A DNA stretch of 50,115 nt, counting the filler, from Candidatus Zhuqueibacterota bacterium (GTDB taxonomy: Bacteria; BS750m-G25): assembly GCA_016783505.1 (NCBI GenBank). It is 4 parts of 4 records of this genome, joined end to end, with 100 filler letters (N's around TTAATTAATTAA, not from the genome) between each part and the next. Parts side by side here need not be neighbours in the genome. Positions count along the whole stretch, not along the records: positions 25,758 to 38,010 come from JADHWK010000066.1; positions 38,111 to 50,115 come from JADHWK010000067.1; 2 more parts are not named here. One strand, 5' to 3'. The position numbers and the translations under genes were made by a program. The notes below the pieces were generated by a model, which had not been told where the DNA came from, ran no database searches, and worked only from the letters and a program-made list of their open reading frames with translations. Shown in pieces: positions 37,670-48,776 of the stretch. The number at the start of each line of letters is the position of its first letter. The stretch's first letter is position 1.

Positions 37670-38010
37670 ATGAACCCTGGAAAAATATTGGTGGTGGATG
37701 ACGAGATAGAGATTACGGAGTTCGTGGGCGAGTTTCTGAAGGAGAAAGGCTACCACGTAATCACTGCTAATGACGGCTTTACGGCCTTAGAGAAGGTAAA
37801 AAGTGAAAAACCGAACTTAGTGCTTTTAGACATCAAGATGCCGAAGATGGATGGTCTAGAGACCTTGAAGAGGATTCGGGAGATCGACCTCGGGGTGGGG
37901 GTGGTTATGGTGACGGTGATAAAGGACGAGGAAATCGGCCGCCGGGCAATGGAATTGGGGGCCTTTGATTTTATCAACAAGCCCATTGATTTAACCCAGC
38001 TCGAAAATAC
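37670..38010 (+). CDS. Response regulator receiver, partial; paralogue of the upstream gene
   Basis: ILVVDDE, LLDIKMPKMDG, NKPID; runs into the gap. Confidence 0.88.
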
Positions 38011-38110
38011 NNNNNNNNNNNNNNNNNNNNNNNNNNNNNNNNNNNNNNNNNNNNTTAATTAATTAANNNNNNNNNNNNNNNNNNNNNNNNNNNNNNNNNN
38101 NNNNNNNNNN
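38011..38110. other. Assembly gap / artificial contig linker
   Basis: N-run with TTAATTAATTAA. Confidence 0.98.
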
Positions 38111-38394
38111 CGCCAGGCGGATACCTGAACCGTAAAACCGGTTCCCCGGGAATAAGTGGGAACTTCGGTGTATGGCTTCACTTCTTCAACCGTTTTCAAG
38201 GTTTCTTCAGGAACAATCGCCGGGGGGAACCCTTCTTCCTCCCCCACCACACCCGTATCCACGGGGGCAACCTCCTCGACCGGGGCTTTCTCTTCGGGCA
38301 CCACCTCCCCTTCCGGCTCCTTCTCCTTCTTCCCGCAGCCGACCAGCACCAGCAGGACCGTCGCAATCAGAACAGGCAAAACCATCTTCTTCAT
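38111..38394 (-). CDS. SPOR-domain lipoprotein, partial
   Basis: Lipobox LVG-C, acidic Pro-rich linker, GFTVQVSAW (SPOR first strand); GGAGGG RBS. Confidence 0.7.
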
Positions 38395-38491
38395 TGTTTA
38401 CCCCTCCCTTAATCAAAGCTTTAATTACTAAGCATTTCTAAAGATTTCTAAGCAAATTAGTTTGACAAGGTCTAAAAAGTTTAATTTTTTC

Positions 38492-38712
38492 GTAACAGTT
38501 CAGCCACTCCCGAAATATCGGGATCACTTCATGACGAGTCACCAAGGTACAAAGATAAACGAATATGATAATCTTTAAATTGACTCTATGTCGTTTCCCC
38601 CCTAAATCCCCCCTAGCCCCCCTTTATTAAAGGGGGGATTTCAAAGGGGGACTTTGGTAAAGGCCAAAAAGGACAAAAGATACAGAAATAAAATTTAGTA
38701 ATGAACTGCTAC
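38492..38712. mobile_element. Third, eroded copy of the GTAAC(A/T)GTTCA MITE family
   Basis: GTAACAGTTCAGCCAC...GTAATGAACTGCTAC; no intact target duplication. Confidence 0.55.
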
Positions 38713-38720
38713 CAAGAAAT

Positions 38721-39149
38721 TTATTTCTTTGCCTTTAATCGGAGAGCCATCACGTAGGCATCTTCCCCGCTGTTGGGGTAGCAACCCCTGCGAATGGCCA
38801 CCTTTTGAAAACCCAACCGCTCGTAAAAGGTGATGGCCCCATCGTTGGATTCCCGAACATCCAGGGTCACCAAGTCCATCCCCCTTTCCCGGGACCGTGA
38901 GAGCAGTTCGTGTACCAACTTAAGTCCCAACCCTCGCCCTCGATGGTACCCCTTAACGGCAAGGTTGGAAATGTAAACCTCCTCCCCTGTCCGGTGGGCC
39001 ACTAAATAGCCGACAATCATCCCCCCGAGCTTTAACACGAATGAGAAATTGCGGTCACCGGCCATCTCCAGGAACGTCCACCGGGTCCAGGGATACCGAA
39101 AGGCCTCTCGTTCAATGGCCATTACCTCATCCAGGTCGCCTTTAGCCAA
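38721..39149 (-). CDS. rimI: Ribosomal protein S18-alanine N-acetyltransferase
   Basis: IEREAFRYPW, NLAV...RGRGLG, LDVRESN, FYERLGF, EDAYVM. Confidence 0.88.
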   Translation of the reverse strand: MAKGDLDEVMAIEREAFRYPWTRWTFLEMAGDRNFSFVLKLGGMIVGYLVAHRTGEEVYISNLAVKGYHRGRGLGLKLVHELLSRSRERGMDLVTLDVRESNDGAITFYERLGFQKVAIRRGCYPNSGEDAYVMALRLKAKK

Positions 39150-39211
39150 AGGCTCAATCTTGGCCGTTCGAATATCATCCCTTAAAAGACTATGGTTAAT
39201 TACTTTTCTCC

Positions 39212-39850
39212 CTAGCGATTAGGACGCTGGACCCAAACCTCAGTGCATTGGCGACCCTGGCGGCATAGGGGACATGTTTGGGGCGAATATTTCGAGAAAT
39301 CCACCTGCAGTAAGGAATAAGTGGGAATGGTGCCGAAATCTTCCTTCACCTCCCGCCGGTCAACGATGACCGCCACCGCTTCGATGTGAGCCCCCTGGCG
39401 TAAGATGAATTTTACCAAGGAATCGAGGGTCTGCCCTGTAAATGAAATATCGTCCACAACGATGACCTGATCGCCAGCGCCCACTTCCATGAACTGCCGA
39501 AAGGTCCAGTCATCATCCTGCCTTATGGCCCAAAGGATGCGGTCGGCCCTTAGGAATTCCCCCGTCCAGAAAGCCACCGGGATCCCGGCGTCGGTGGGGC
39601 CCACCAGAGTGAAGCTCTTGTCCTTATCCAGACGGTTCAAAATTCCAGAGCGCAACAGGACACGGCCCAGATTGACGCACAGGGTCCTGGCGTTCTTCAC
39701 CTTCTGCAAGGCGAGGGGAAGCTGAAAGAACTTGTCGTAGTGAAAACCGGTCACCGACAAGGAAAAATGCCCTTCCCTAAAGGCGCCAGTTGATTTCAAA
39801 ATATTCCAGGTAAGATTGACCTCCTCTTCTGTGGCTAACCCCATACTCAT
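39212..39850 (-). CDS. pyrE: Orotate phosphoribosyltransferase-like protein (divergent)
   Basis: GAFREGHF, PRPP loop VIVVDDISFTGQT, IVDRR, C-terminal CPLC. Confidence 0.6.
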   Translation of the reverse strand: MSMGLATEEEVNLTWNILKSTGAFREGHFSLSVTGFHYDKFFQLPLALQKVKNARTLCVNLGRVLLRSGILNRLDKDKSFTLVGPTDAGIPVAFWTGEFLRADRILWAIRQDDDWTFRQFMEVGAGDQVIVVDDISFTGQTLDSLVKFILRQGAHIEAVAVIVDRREVKEDFGTIPTYSLLQVDFSKYSPQTCPLCRQGRQCTEVWVQRPNR

Positions 39851-40225
39851 CTCCTTATTTAATGATACGAAGGTTGCCTTTCATTAAATATACAAAATAT
39901 TCCCATAAAAGCAAGGATTTTTTAATAGAGTCTGAGTATCCCCCATTTTTCGGGTCATTTCCCAAGACCCTTCGGGCCCACAGAAGCTAATCAAACATTG
40001 CTTCAAGGTCGTAGCTTGAAACATCACAAAAACCTTTGGGTTAATTTATAGTAGACATCCCCAATTTTCTGTCTGCAGGATTTGGCAAAGCAGGCTAATT
40101 ACCTCATCCTGCATTTGGAAAATTTATTTATGACGTTAGTGTTAGGTGCTGAAATCCTCAAGGGAAAAAACACCACGATTTTAATCGTGGATACCTAAGA
40201 AGGTTGTTTTCCGAATCTGGGATAA

Positions 40226-40262
40226 AAACAAAAGCCCCGACCATCGGCCAAGGCTTTTTTGT
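40226..40262. terminator. Probable terminator downstream of ppdK
   Basis: AAAAGCC...GGCTTTTTT hairpin flanked by A/T runs. Confidence 0.55.
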
Positions 40263-40278
40263 TTTTCGTGTTGTGCTT

Positions 40279-43035
40279 TTATTCTTTATCCTTAAGCGCC
40301 GCCTGAGCTGCTGCTAACCGGGCGATGGGCACCCGGAAGGGGGAACAGGAGGCGTAGTCCAGTCCAATGCGGTGGCAGAACTCCACCGAGGCCGGCTCCC
40401 CCCCGTGCTCCCCGCAGATGCCGATCTTAAGCCCGGGTCTACCCCGCCTCCCCTTCTCCACCCCTATCTTCATCAACAACCCCACCCCCTCTTGATCAAT
40501 GGTTTGAAAGGGATCGGCCGGGAGGATCTTCTCCTGGACGTATTTGGGTAAAAATTTCCCGGCATCGTCCCGGGAGAGACCGAATGTAGTCTGGGTGAGA
40601 TCGTTGGTTCCATAAGAAAAAAACTCAGCCTCCCGGGCGATCTGGTCAGCCGTCAGCGCCGCCCGGGGCAGCTCAATCATTGTCCCCACCGTATATTCAA
40701 ACTCGATTCCGGACTCCTTCTTTACCTGTTTGGCAACCCGGTCCACGATCTCCCGCTGCACCTTTAGCTCATTCACGTGCCCCACTAAGGGGACCATCAC
40801 CTCGGGAAGGACTTTGGTTCCCTCCTTTTTTACCTGGGCCGCAGCTTCAAAGATGGCCCGGGCCTGCATCTCGGTGATCTCAGGGTAGGCTATCCCCAAG
40901 CGACAGCCCCGATGACCGAGCATGGGATTTAATTCCCTCAGACTTTCTATTTTGGCTTCCAGCCGCGCTGTATCAACACCCATGCTCCGGGCCAGTTGGG
41001 CAATTTCCCCCTCCTCGTGGGGCAAGAACTCGTGCAGGGGGGGGTCGAGGGTGCGGATGGTTACCGGTTTCCCTTCCATGGCCCGGAATATGCCGATAAA
41101 ATCATGCCTCTGCATGGGGAGGAGTTTCGCCAAAGCTCGGCGGCGGCCCTCGGCGTCCTCGGCTAAGATCATCTTCCGGACCGAGTTGATGCGGTCGCCG
41201 CCGAAGAACATGTGCTCGGTGCGGCACAATCCGATGCCCTCGGCCCCGAAGGCGACCGCCTGAGCCGCCTGATCGGGCTGGTCGGCATTGGTCCTGATCT
41301 TCAAGCGACGATAGCGATCGGCCCAGGACATGAGCCGCTCATACTGGCGGTAAACGAGCGAATCCTCAGGCTTCAGTGTATCCTCAAACAACACCTGAAG
41401 CACCTCAGAAGGACTTGTTTTTATCTCCCCCAGAAGGACTTCCCCCGTGGTCCCATCAATGGAGAGGAAATCTCCCTCTTTGACAATCTGATCCTTAACC
41501 CCCATCTGCCGCTTGGCGTAGTTGATCTGGAGGGCTCCACAGCCGGCCACGCAGACCTTTCCCATCTGCCGGGCTACCAAGGCGGCGTGGGAGGTCATCC
41601 CCCCCCGGGCGGTCAGGATCCCCTGAGCCGCGTTCATCCCCCGAATGTCCTCGGGGGATGTCTCCAGCCTCACCAAAATGACCCTCTCCCCCCGCCGGAC
41701 CCACTCCACCGCATCCTCGGCGTTGAAGACCACCCTCCCGGTGGCCGCCCCGGGGCCGGCGTTCAAGCCCCGGGCTAAAAGCCTCCCCTGGGCTAAGGCC
41801 TCTCCCTTTTCGTCCGGGTCGAAGACCGGACGCAAGAGCTGATTAAGCTGGATCGGCTCCACCCTCATCAACGCCTCCTCTTCGGAGATCAACCCCTCGT
41901 CCACCATGTCCACCGCCATCCGGAAGGCAGCAAACCCGGTGCGCTTGCCGACCCGGGTCTGGAGCATCCACAGCTTCCCCCGCTGAATTGTGAATTCTAC
42001 ATCCTGCATATCCCGATAGTGGTGATCCAATTTTTTTTGGATTTCCTCCAGTTGCTGGTAGATTTCCGGCATCTCTTCCTCCAGCGACATAAGATCGCTT
42101 TCCCCTTTCTGCTTTTTGTTGATAGGCTGAGGAGTGCGGATGCCGGCCACCACGTCCTCGCCCTGGGCGTTCATTAGATATTCCCCGTAGAAAACGTTCT
42201 CCCCAATAGCCGGGTCCCGGGTGAAGGCCACCCCGGTGCCCGAGTTCTCCCCCATATTGCCGTAGACCATGGCCTGGACGTTCACCGCCGTACCCCAGTC
42301 AGGGGGTATGTTATTCAGCTCCCGGTAGGCCATCGCCCGGGGGTTGTCCCAGGAGCCAAATACGGCCCCGATAGCCCCCCAGAGCTGCTCATAGGGGTTT
42401 TGGGGAAATTCCTTCCCCGTCCGGGCAGTGATACACCCCTTGAAATCAGACACCAGTTCCTTCAAATCTTCCGCTGTCAATCCCATATCCGAGCTTATGC
42501 CCCGTTTCTTTTTCTTCTCATCGAGGATCGCCTCGAAGGGATCTATCTCGTCCTTCCCCCTGGGCTTAAGTCCCAACACTACGTCCCCGTACATCTGAAC
42601 GAAGCGGCGGTAGCAGTCGTAGGCGAACCTCTTATCCCCCGTCTGCTTGATCAGCCCCTGAACGGTAATGTCGTTAAGACCTAAATTTAACACCGTATCC
42701 ATCATCCCCGGCATGGACACCCGGGCCCCGGATCGGACCGACATCAGCACAGGGTTTTCCGGGTCCCCGAACCCAGCCTCCATGGCCCTCTCAACCTTTG
42801 ACAGGGCCTTTCTTACCTCCGTTTCCAGACCTGGGGGATAGGTACGGCCATGCTGGGTGAAATAGGTGCATACCCCGGTTGAAATCGTAAACCCGGCGGG
42901 GACGGGGATGCCCAGATTGGTCATCTCCGCCAGATTAGCCCCCTTTCCCCCTAATAGGTTTTTCATTTCCGCACTACCATCGGCCTTTCCGTTCCCGAAG
43001 AAGTAAACGAACTTCTCTGACATATTCACTCTCAT
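40279..43035 (-). CDS. ppdK: Pyruvate, phosphate dikinase
   Basis: [19 protein letters not shown] (phospho-His), [19 protein letters not shown]. Confidence 0.98.
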   Translation of the reverse strand: MRVNMSEKFVYFFGNGKADGSAEMKNLLGGKGANLAEMTNLGIPVPAGFTISTGVCTYFTQHGRTYPPGLETEVRKALSKVERAMEAGFGDPENPVLMSVRSGARVSMPGMMDTVLNLGLNDITVQGLIKQTGDKRFAYDCYRRFVQMYGDVVLGLKPRGKDEIDPFEAILDEKKKKRGISSDMGLTAEDLKELVSDFKGCITARTGKEFPQNPYEQLWGAIGAVFGSWDNPRAMAYRELNNIPPDWGTAVNVQAMVYGNMGENSGTGVAFTRDPAIGENVFYGEYLMNAQGEDVVAGIRTPQPINKKQKGESDLMSLEEEMPEIYQQLEEIQKKLDHHYRDMQDVEFTIQRGKLWMLQTRVGKRTGFAAFRMAVDMVDEGLISEEEALMRVEPIQLNQLLRPVFDPDEKGEALAQGRLLARGLNAGPGAATGRVVFNAEDAVEWVRRGERVILVRLETSPEDIRGMNAAQGILTARGGMTSHAALVARQMGKVCVAGCGALQINYAKRQMGVKDQIVKEGDFLSIDGTTGEVLLGEIKTSPSEVLQVLFEDTLKPEDSLVYRQYERLMSWADRYRRLKIRTNADQPDQAAQAVAFGAEGIGLCRTEHMFFGGDRINSVRKMILAEDAEGRRRALAKLLPMQRHDFIGIFRAMEGKPVTIRTLDPPLHEFLPHEEGEIAQLARSMGVDTARLEAKIESLRELNPMLGHRGCRLGIAYPEITEMQARAIFEAAAQVKKEGTKVLPEVMVPLVGHVNELKVQREIVDRVAKQVKKESGIEFEYTVGTMIELPRAALTADQIAREAEFFSYGTNDLTQTTFGLSRDDAGKFLPKYVQEKILPADPFQTIDQEGVGLLMKIGVEKGRRGRPGLKIGICGEHGGEPASVEFCHRIGLDYASCSPFRVPIARLAAAQAALKDKE

Positions 43036-43216
43036 TTTATTTTTTCCTTACGTTCCTCATATAAATTTTAGCCACAACAAAGGCGGCCAACCAGCAAATG
43101 GCCCCCCAGGGAAAAAACACCACTCCCAGGGTGATGAGGACAAATTGAACGAGAAAAAAGACGGTCTTTTGCACGCCCAACCTCAAGGAGACCACATTGG
43201 ATCACCGCATACATAC

Positions 43217-43960
43217 CTACCCATCGTAGGTACGGCTGAGTAAGGAGGCCCCTTCTTTATCCACAATGATGGTGGCCCACTGGTGCATCTGGACGATAGT
43301 GGCCGGCACCATGGCGGTGATAGGGCCCTCCACCGTTTCCTTGATTGCCTGGGCCTTACCCCTGCCACCGGCCAATAAGACGAGCTGTCGGGCCTCCATG
43401 ATGGTACCTATGCCCATGGTGATGGCATAACGGGGTACGTCCTCAAACCGTTCAAAAAACCGGGCGTTGTCCTTGATGGTCTGCTCGGACAGGGTTTTGA
43501 TACGGGTGCGGGAGCCCAGGGAAGAACCCGGCTCGTTGAAGGCGATGTGACCATTAGCCCCGATACCCAGCACCTGGAGGTCAATGCCCCCCGCCTTCTG
43601 GATCTCCTCCTCATACCACTGGCAGAAGGCTGCCACATCTTCAGTCATCCCATGGGGGACGTAGATGTAACGGGGGTTGATGTCAATATGATCGAAGAAG
43701 TTCACCCTCATAAAGTAATGGTAACTCTGGGGATGTGTAGGGGGCAAGCCCACGTACTCGTCCAGATTAAACGTAGTTACCTTGGAAAACCGGAGGCCTT
43801 CTTCCTTGTACATCCGGATCAACTCCTTATATAATCCTAAGGGGGTACTGCCGGTGGCCAGTCCTAAGACGCAATCGGGTTTCTTTCGAATCAAGCTGGC
43901 TACCCGGCGGGCTGCTTCCCTGGTCATCTCATCGTAATCCTCCTTGACGATCACTAACAT
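43217..43960 (-). CDS. nagB: Glucosamine-6-phosphate deaminase
   Basis: GLATGSTP, FNLDEY, GIGANGHIAFNEPGSS. Confidence 0.97.
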   Translation of the reverse strand: MLVIVKEDYDEMTREAARRVASLIRKKPDCVLGLATGSTPLGLYKELIRMYKEEGLRFSKVTTFNLDEYVGLPPTHPQSYHYFMRVNFFDHIDINPRYIYVPHGMTEDVAAFCQWYEEEIQKAGGIDLQVLGIGANGHIAFNEPGSSLGSRTRIKTLSEQTIKDNARFFERFEDVPRYAITMGIGTIMEARQLVLLAGGRGKAQAIKETVEGPITAMVPATIVQMHQWATIIVDKEGASLLSRTYDG

Positions 43961-44056
43961 GATCCCTCCTTTAGACTCTAACCTTATTTGTTCATCCCGA
44001 AAAATGGAAAAATTAAAATCCTGGTGTTATTTTTTAAATCGCTCTGGGCGCAGGTT

Positions 44057-45295
44057 CTAAACTGTCTTTCTTTCCTTCCGGGTGATCTCAAACACCTGTC
44101 GCAGCACCTTCTCTTGAGCGGGACTTAGTTTTATATCCCTACGTTCCATTACCCGGCGGGCCACCTCCAGGGCTTTTTCCAGCCGGTATTCTTCAAATCC
44201 GTGGGCCCCACCCCAGGAGAAAGAGGGAATGAATTTTGGGGGAAAGCCCCCCCCGAAGATATTGGCCATCACCCCGGCGGTCGTGCCGGTGTTGAACATG
44301 GTGTTGATACCCGACTTGGCGTGATCCCCCATAAACAGGCCTACGAACTGGGAGCCGCTGTCCACCAGTCTGCCGTTAATGTAAACCTTGACGTTCCCGT
44401 AGTTGTTTTTGAGGTCCGAGTTATTGGTATCGGCCCCGATGTTGATCCAAGATCCCAGGTAGGAATGGCCCAAGAATCCGTCATGCTGCTTGTTGGAATA
44501 GGAATGAATGATGGATTCCTCCACCTCCCCGCCCACCTTGCACACCGGCCCGATGGAGGTACCCTCGTAGATCTTGGCCCCGACCTTGATCTTGGTCCCC
44601 GCCCCGATGTAGGCCGGTCCCTCAATGACGGCGTTGGGAAAGATCTCCGCCCCCTCGTCAATATAAATCGGTCCTCCCGCGGCGTCTAAGATCACCCCCG
44701 GTTTGACCTTAGCTCCTTTGCCTATGAAAATCTCATCTTTGTTAAGCAGGGTTACTTTTTCATAAATCCTTCCTTGAATTAATCCACCTTTCTTTAAAGC
44801 GTCAAAATCTTCACTTATTTGCACCCCATTTTTGTGAATCAAATCCCAAGGATAGGTAATATATTCTTCACTGGCAGATTTCGAGGGAAGATCTTCAAAA
44901 ATTTCAGGAGATAGCGGTTGATTTAAGAGCCCCTTTAATTTATTCAGAAAACTGCCAGCAATCTTAGCCGCAAAAACAGTATCACCCTTTCGGTAAACTT
45001 CATTCATGTTGACCTGTTTTGAAACTTCTCTGAAATCCGAAAGGGCCAGAAGGCGACCATTAACGAAAAGGCATTCTTGTCCGCTAATCTGATTGACACT
45101 TAAACCAGGGTTTTCTTCAGACACCGCCTCTGCCAGATAATCCCGGCAGTGGAGCACGACCTCATATTCCGGAAAACAACGGGTGATTTTCTCCCGCAGG
45201 GTGGTCATCCCGCACCGGAGGTCGTACACCGGCCGGGTCAAACTCAATGGGTATAAATTTGAAAATTCCCTATCTTCAAAAATGCATAATTCCAT
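44057..45295 (-). CDS. GlmU-related sugar nucleotidyltransferase / hexapeptide-repeat acetyltransferase (Bacteroidota type)
   Basis: LYPLSLTRPVYDLRCG, hexapeptide repeats, SNKQHDGFLGHSY, TNNSDLKNNYG. Confidence 0.85.
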   Translation of the reverse strand: MELCIFEDREFSNLYPLSLTRPVYDLRCGMTTLREKITRCFPEYEVVLHCRDYLAEAVSEENPGLSVNQISGQECLFVNGRLLALSDFREVSKQVNMNEVYRKGDTVFAAKIAGSFLNKLKGLLNQPLSPEIFEDLPSKSASEEYITYPWDLIHKNGVQISEDFDALKKGGLIQGRIYEKVTLLNKDEIFIGKGAKVKPGVILDAAGGPIYIDEGAEIFPNAVIEGPAYIGAGTKIKVGAKIYEGTSIGPVCKVGGEVEESIIHSYSNKQHDGFLGHSYLGSWINIGADTNNSDLKNNYGNVKVYINGRLVDSGSQFVGLFMGDHAKSGINTMFNTGTTAGVMANIFGGGFPPKFIPSFSWGGAHGFEEYRLEKALEVARRVMERRDIKLSPAQEKVLRQVFEITRKERKTV

Positions 45296-45313
45296 GTTTT
45301 TACCGTCCCAGTT

Positions 45314-45664
45314 TTATTTTTTTGAACCCTCTAAGGCTGCTTCGGCAACCAGTCTGCGGACCCTTCGCTTCAATTTTTTGATCTCTTTCCTCAACTTTTT
45401 GGTTTCCATACGATCCTTCTTAGCAATAGCCTGTTCTTTCTGGGCTTTCAACCTCCGAATCTCTTTTTTTACCACCCCCTTATCATCAACTATTTTCTCG
45501 TCCTTCTTTTTCTCCGGAGAAATTCCCTTTGCCTCGGCCAGGGTCTGGATTAACTCGGCCTTTTTCATGGCATGCACCCCGGCGATTTCCGGATAGTTCA
45601 GGGCCTCTTCCCGCAGCTTAGTCACCGTCAGTTTCTGCAGATCTTCAAGCTTCATCTCAACCAC
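45314..45664 (-). CDS. Small basic protein with Rho N-terminal domain
   Basis: LQKLTVTKLREEA...GVHAMKKAELI followed by a Lys/Arg-rich coiled coil. Confidence 0.7.
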   Translation of the reverse strand: MVEMKLEDLQKLTVTKLREEALNYPEIAGVHAMKKAELIQTLAEAKGISPEKKKDEKIVDDKGVVKKEIRRLKAQKEQAIAKKDRMETKKLRKEIKKLKRRVRRLVAEAALEGSKK

Positions 45665-45779
45665 CTTTCCTAATAATTCTTCAAAACCATCAAATTATAG
45701 TCAATTTTTTAGTAAAGATCAAGGAAAAATGAGACACATAGATGAATATCATCCATCTTTTCAGGTCATTTCTCCATCG

Positions 45780-46301
45780 CTACAAAGCTTTTGAGGGAAT
45801 CGGTCTCAGCAGTGAGGGATCTGGTATCCGGCCTTCAGTGATCTGTTTATCCGGGATCTGGATCCGGTCCACGAACAGAATCCCTTTCAAGTGGTCAACT
45901 TCGTGTTGGAACACCCGAGCCAGTAGGTCATCGCAGGTGATGACCTGTTCTTCGCCCTCGAGGTTCTGGCATTTCAGGGTGATTTTTTCCGACCTAACGA
46001 CCTTTCCCCGTACGCCCGGGATGCAGAGACATCCCTCATCCATGACGGCCTCGCCCTCTGCTTTCAGGATCTCTGGATTCACGTAGGCTTTCGGACCGGC
46101 GCCTTTCTCAATATAGCTGTGGTCAACTATGATTAAACGGATGGACTGACCCACCTGGGGGGCGGCCAGACCGATCCCCCCCGCCTCCCCCATGGCTTCG
46201 ATCATCCTCTTAGCCAGAATTTTTATCCCCCTGTCAATTCTTTTAACCCTTTTGGTCCGTTCCCGCAGGACCGGATGCCCGATTTTTAGAATGTCCAGCA
46301 T
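45780..46301 (-). CDS. def: Peptide deformylase
   Basis: GIGLAAPQVG, EGCL, QHEVDHL. Confidence 0.96.
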   Translation of the reverse strand: MLDILKIGHPVLRERTKRVKRIDRGIKILAKRMIEAMGEAGGIGLAAPQVGQSIRLIIVDHSYIEKGAGPKAYVNPEILKAEGEAVMDEGCLCIPGVRGKVVRSEKITLKCQNLEGEEQVITCDDLLARVFQHEVDHLKGILFVDRIQIPDKQITEGRIPDPSLLRPIPSKAL

Positions 46302-46307
46302 TATTAT

Positions 46308-46336
46308 AATTTACACAATAAAAAAGAAAATGTCAA
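46308..46336 (-). promoter_or_regulatory. Sigma-70-type promoter immediately before the def ATG
   Basis: TTGACA-17 nt-TAAATT-6 nt-ATG, with no RBS. Confidence 0.55.
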
Positions 46337-46376
46337 TATCATTTCACTCTGCGGAAAATTTTTGGATCCGTACCAA

Positions 46377-46410
46377 GAAAAAACCCGAACCAAAAGGGTT
46401 CGGGTTTTTA
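46377..46410. terminator. Intrinsic terminator (potentially bidirectional)
   Basis: AAAAACCCGAACC-AAAAG-GGTTCGGGTTTTT. Confidence 0.75.
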
Positions 46411-46573
46411 GGGGGGTTGAGCTTAATTTTATTAGGTAATAACAAGCTTCTCGATGCCGGAGGCGGCCTCTCTTACGACCTTAAATATATTTTGCAAGTG
46501 ACAACAACATAACGTTTTCCTTATAACGTTTTCCTTCTTTAAAAGCGAAAAGGCAAACGGAAATAGCCCGGGT

Positions 46574-46804
46574 TTAATTCGTGCTTATTTTAAACAACCG
46601 CCAGATTACCCCCTTACCGCAGCCCCGGTGAGGGGGGAAGAATTCCCCGGCAGTGAGGGTTACCTTTCTGTCATTAGAGTTGGGATTACAACCTGGCAAG
46701 GTGATGTGACCTACGTATTCATAAATCCCGGATACCGGGGCTCTTTCCCCTGTACGAAAGGCATGGCCAACCTCTGTCATCTCTTTTTCTAATTCATTTT
46801 TCAT
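46574..46804 (-). CDS. YjzC-family small protein
   Basis: FRTGERAPVSGIYEYVG...LTAGEFFPP...WRL pattern. Confidence 0.7.
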   Translation of the reverse strand: MKNELEKEMTEVGHAFRTGERAPVSGIYEYVGHITLPGCNPNSNDRKVTLTAGEFFPPHRGCGKGVIWRLFKISTN

Positions 46805-47127
46805 GGATTTCTTCCTTTCTATTATTATCATTGAATTACGAGAAAAATTACTAAAAAAGTCTTGACAAATCAGGGAAAAATCATTATATTAACGACACGA
46901 AGTTATCGTCAATAAATGATCCTGAAAAATCATCAATTCATAACATCTTCAATATAATAATATTTTTTTACTTTGTCAAGTGTTTTTTCGCAAATTATTT
47001 TAATTTTATTTTATTCCTTATGGATGTGATTCCTAATCATTAAATTCAGTATTAATCACCCTGCAATAATTTTAAAAGATTATATGAAATTTTCATTAAA
47101 GAAAATGTCGCAATATTTATTATTTTA

Positions 47128-47156
47128 TTGACTTTTATTATAATATTTCTTATATT
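47128..47156 (+). promoter_or_regulatory. Sigma-70-type promoter for the small peptide gene
   Basis: TTGACT-17 nt-TATATT, with an AAAGGAGG RBS downstream. Confidence 0.6.
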
Positions 47157-47197
47157 ACGACTAAGACCCGAACAGAAAACCCTGAAAGGAGGGTATT

Positions 47198-47395
47198 ATG
47201 GAAAGGATAAAAACGGGCTTAGCCGTAATCCTGTCGTGTGTAGTGCTGGTCGTTGGTTTTTACTTCGTGGACAGCCCCGGTGCCATTAAGAATATTGTTG
47301 ATAAATACGACCAGACAACCCAGCAAATTGATGGAAACGATTATGCTTCATTGCAAGTTGAATATCCACTGCCCCCACGACCACCTCCAAAATAA
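47198..47395 (+). CDS. Small exported/membrane-anchored peptide with Pro-rich C-terminus
   Basis: 65 aa, strong RBS, N-terminal hydrophobic helix, ends VEYPLPPRPPPK. Confidence 0.7.
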   Translation: MERIKTGLAVILSCVVLVVGFYFVDSPGAIKNIVDKYDQTTQQIDGNDYASLQVEYPLPPRPPPK

Positions 47396-47402
47396 GTTGT
47401 TT

Positions 47403-48776
47403 ACTAAACTATTGTAAAAATCGGTTTTTGGGGTTATATTAAGCTATTTGGAATCGTTGTCCGATTTTGGATCTTGGTGCAAAGACGATAGTCAAAATCT
47501 CATTGGCACTTCTTTTCAGACTATTTTGTTTGAGAACCCAGAGGGTAAAGTCTCGTATAATCTCGCTGGCAGCCCACCGGCATTTTTCACCAATGGTTCT
47601 AACATTGGCATTAACCCATATACGGAGACTCCGATCCATAGAACTTAGTGTAAGAAGTGTATAGGATAAGAAGACCAGATACCAATGACGCTTGATACCC
47701 ACAAGGTCTCTCATCTCATAATCTTCGAGGGCTAAGTTTTGTTTGGAATTACGGTAAAAGGTCTCAATAGGCCAGCGGCCTTGGTAAACCTTGAGAATGC
47801 GCCGGGCTTCCCATCTGAGATTATTAGTCACCAGATATTTAGGGGTATCAGACAAATCTTCCTCCTCGTGCACGATGAGAAGACGGACTTTACCCAGCTT
47901 GGACATTTTCACGGTTTTTGTAAAGCAATAAAAGGTTTTTCCATCTATATCAATCTTTTTAAAATCGGATTTCTTCAGGGTACAGCGAAATGTTTCCAGA
48001 TTCATCCGCTGTCCACCAGGAAAGATGATACGATCGCTTTTGGCTGCACCCACCCAGTTTAGTTCTCTGGATTCTATAAACTTAACAAAGTCTTTTGAAA
48101 GGAACCAAGCATCAAAAACAACTGTTTTAAAACGAAGTCCACTTAAGAGGGCGTGTTCGACCAACTCCTGGGCCAACTCGATTTTTGTCCTGAAGGCTTT
48201 ATCTTTTTTATCCCTTTTCAGATAAAGCCGCAACCCAATGGGAAAACAACCCCGAGGGGTAACATATTGACTGGTGACAATATTATGACCCCACACATAG
48301 CGGGCCTCGGCATGATCATAATACTTGCCCGCTTCCTCGATCTGTTTGCCGAATTTCTCAAGAATGGTATCATCAATGCCCAAGCAGCCTTTTACTGGAT
48401 TCAGATGCCCGATACGGCTCTTGATAAGTTCAATCCGGCGACGGTCAACTTTTTCTTCCGGCCATCGAGCTCGGGTCATAAAACGGTCTTTGTTGCTATA
48501 CTCACGATGACCAACAAAAGAATTATTGATCTGTTTTATATTGGCTCGATCACAAACGATCAACCCAGTTAAGTATTCCGCAAAATGGCTTAGCTGTGGT
48601 TTTGAAAAGAGATCCTTAAATTGATCAAGATGATCTTTCACAACTACCGGATAATCTGTGATTCTAAACATCTGTGGGCCTCCATTTACCTAATCAAGAA
48701 TTAACTAAATATAACCTAAATATCGGTAAATGCCAAGCCCAATATACCACGTTTAGGAAAAATACAATAGTTTAGT
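47403..48776 (-). mobile_element. Complete IS701-family insertion sequence
   Basis: Perfect 14-bp terminal IR ACTAAACTATTGTA/TACAATAGTTTAGT with TGTTT on both flanks. Ends drawn 1 bp inward give a 7-bp TTGTTTA duplication instead. Confidence 0.88.
47439..48671 (-). CDS. IS701-family DDE transposase
   Basis: IDDT, VFDAWF, YQGRWPIETFYRNSKQ DDE motifs. Confidence 0.9.
   Translation of the reverse strand: MFRITDYPVVVKDHLDQFKDLFSKPQLSHFAEYLTGLIVCDRANIKQINNSFVGHREYSNKDRFMTRARWPEEKVDRRRIELIKSRIGHLNPVKGCLGIDDTILEKFGKQIEEAGKYYDHAEARYVWGHNIVTSQYVTPRGCFPIGLRLYLKRDKKDKAFRTKIELAQELVEHALLSGLRFKTVVFDAWFLSKDFVKFIESRELNWVGAAKSDRIIFPGGQRMNLETFRCTLKKSDFKKIDIDGKTFYCFTKTVKMSKLGKVRLLIVHEEEDLSDTPKYLVTNNLRWEARRILKVYQGRWPIETFYRNSKQNLALEDYEMRDLVGIKRHWYLVFLSYTLLTLSSMDRSLRIWVNANVRTIGEKCRWAASEIIRDFTLWVLKQNSLKRSANEILTIVFAPRSKIGQRFQIA

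Noticed and set aside
43040-43200. Possible small hydrophobic ORF between nagB and ppdK
   Set aside because: Only about 34 codons, no clear RBS or family resemblance; cannot be supported.
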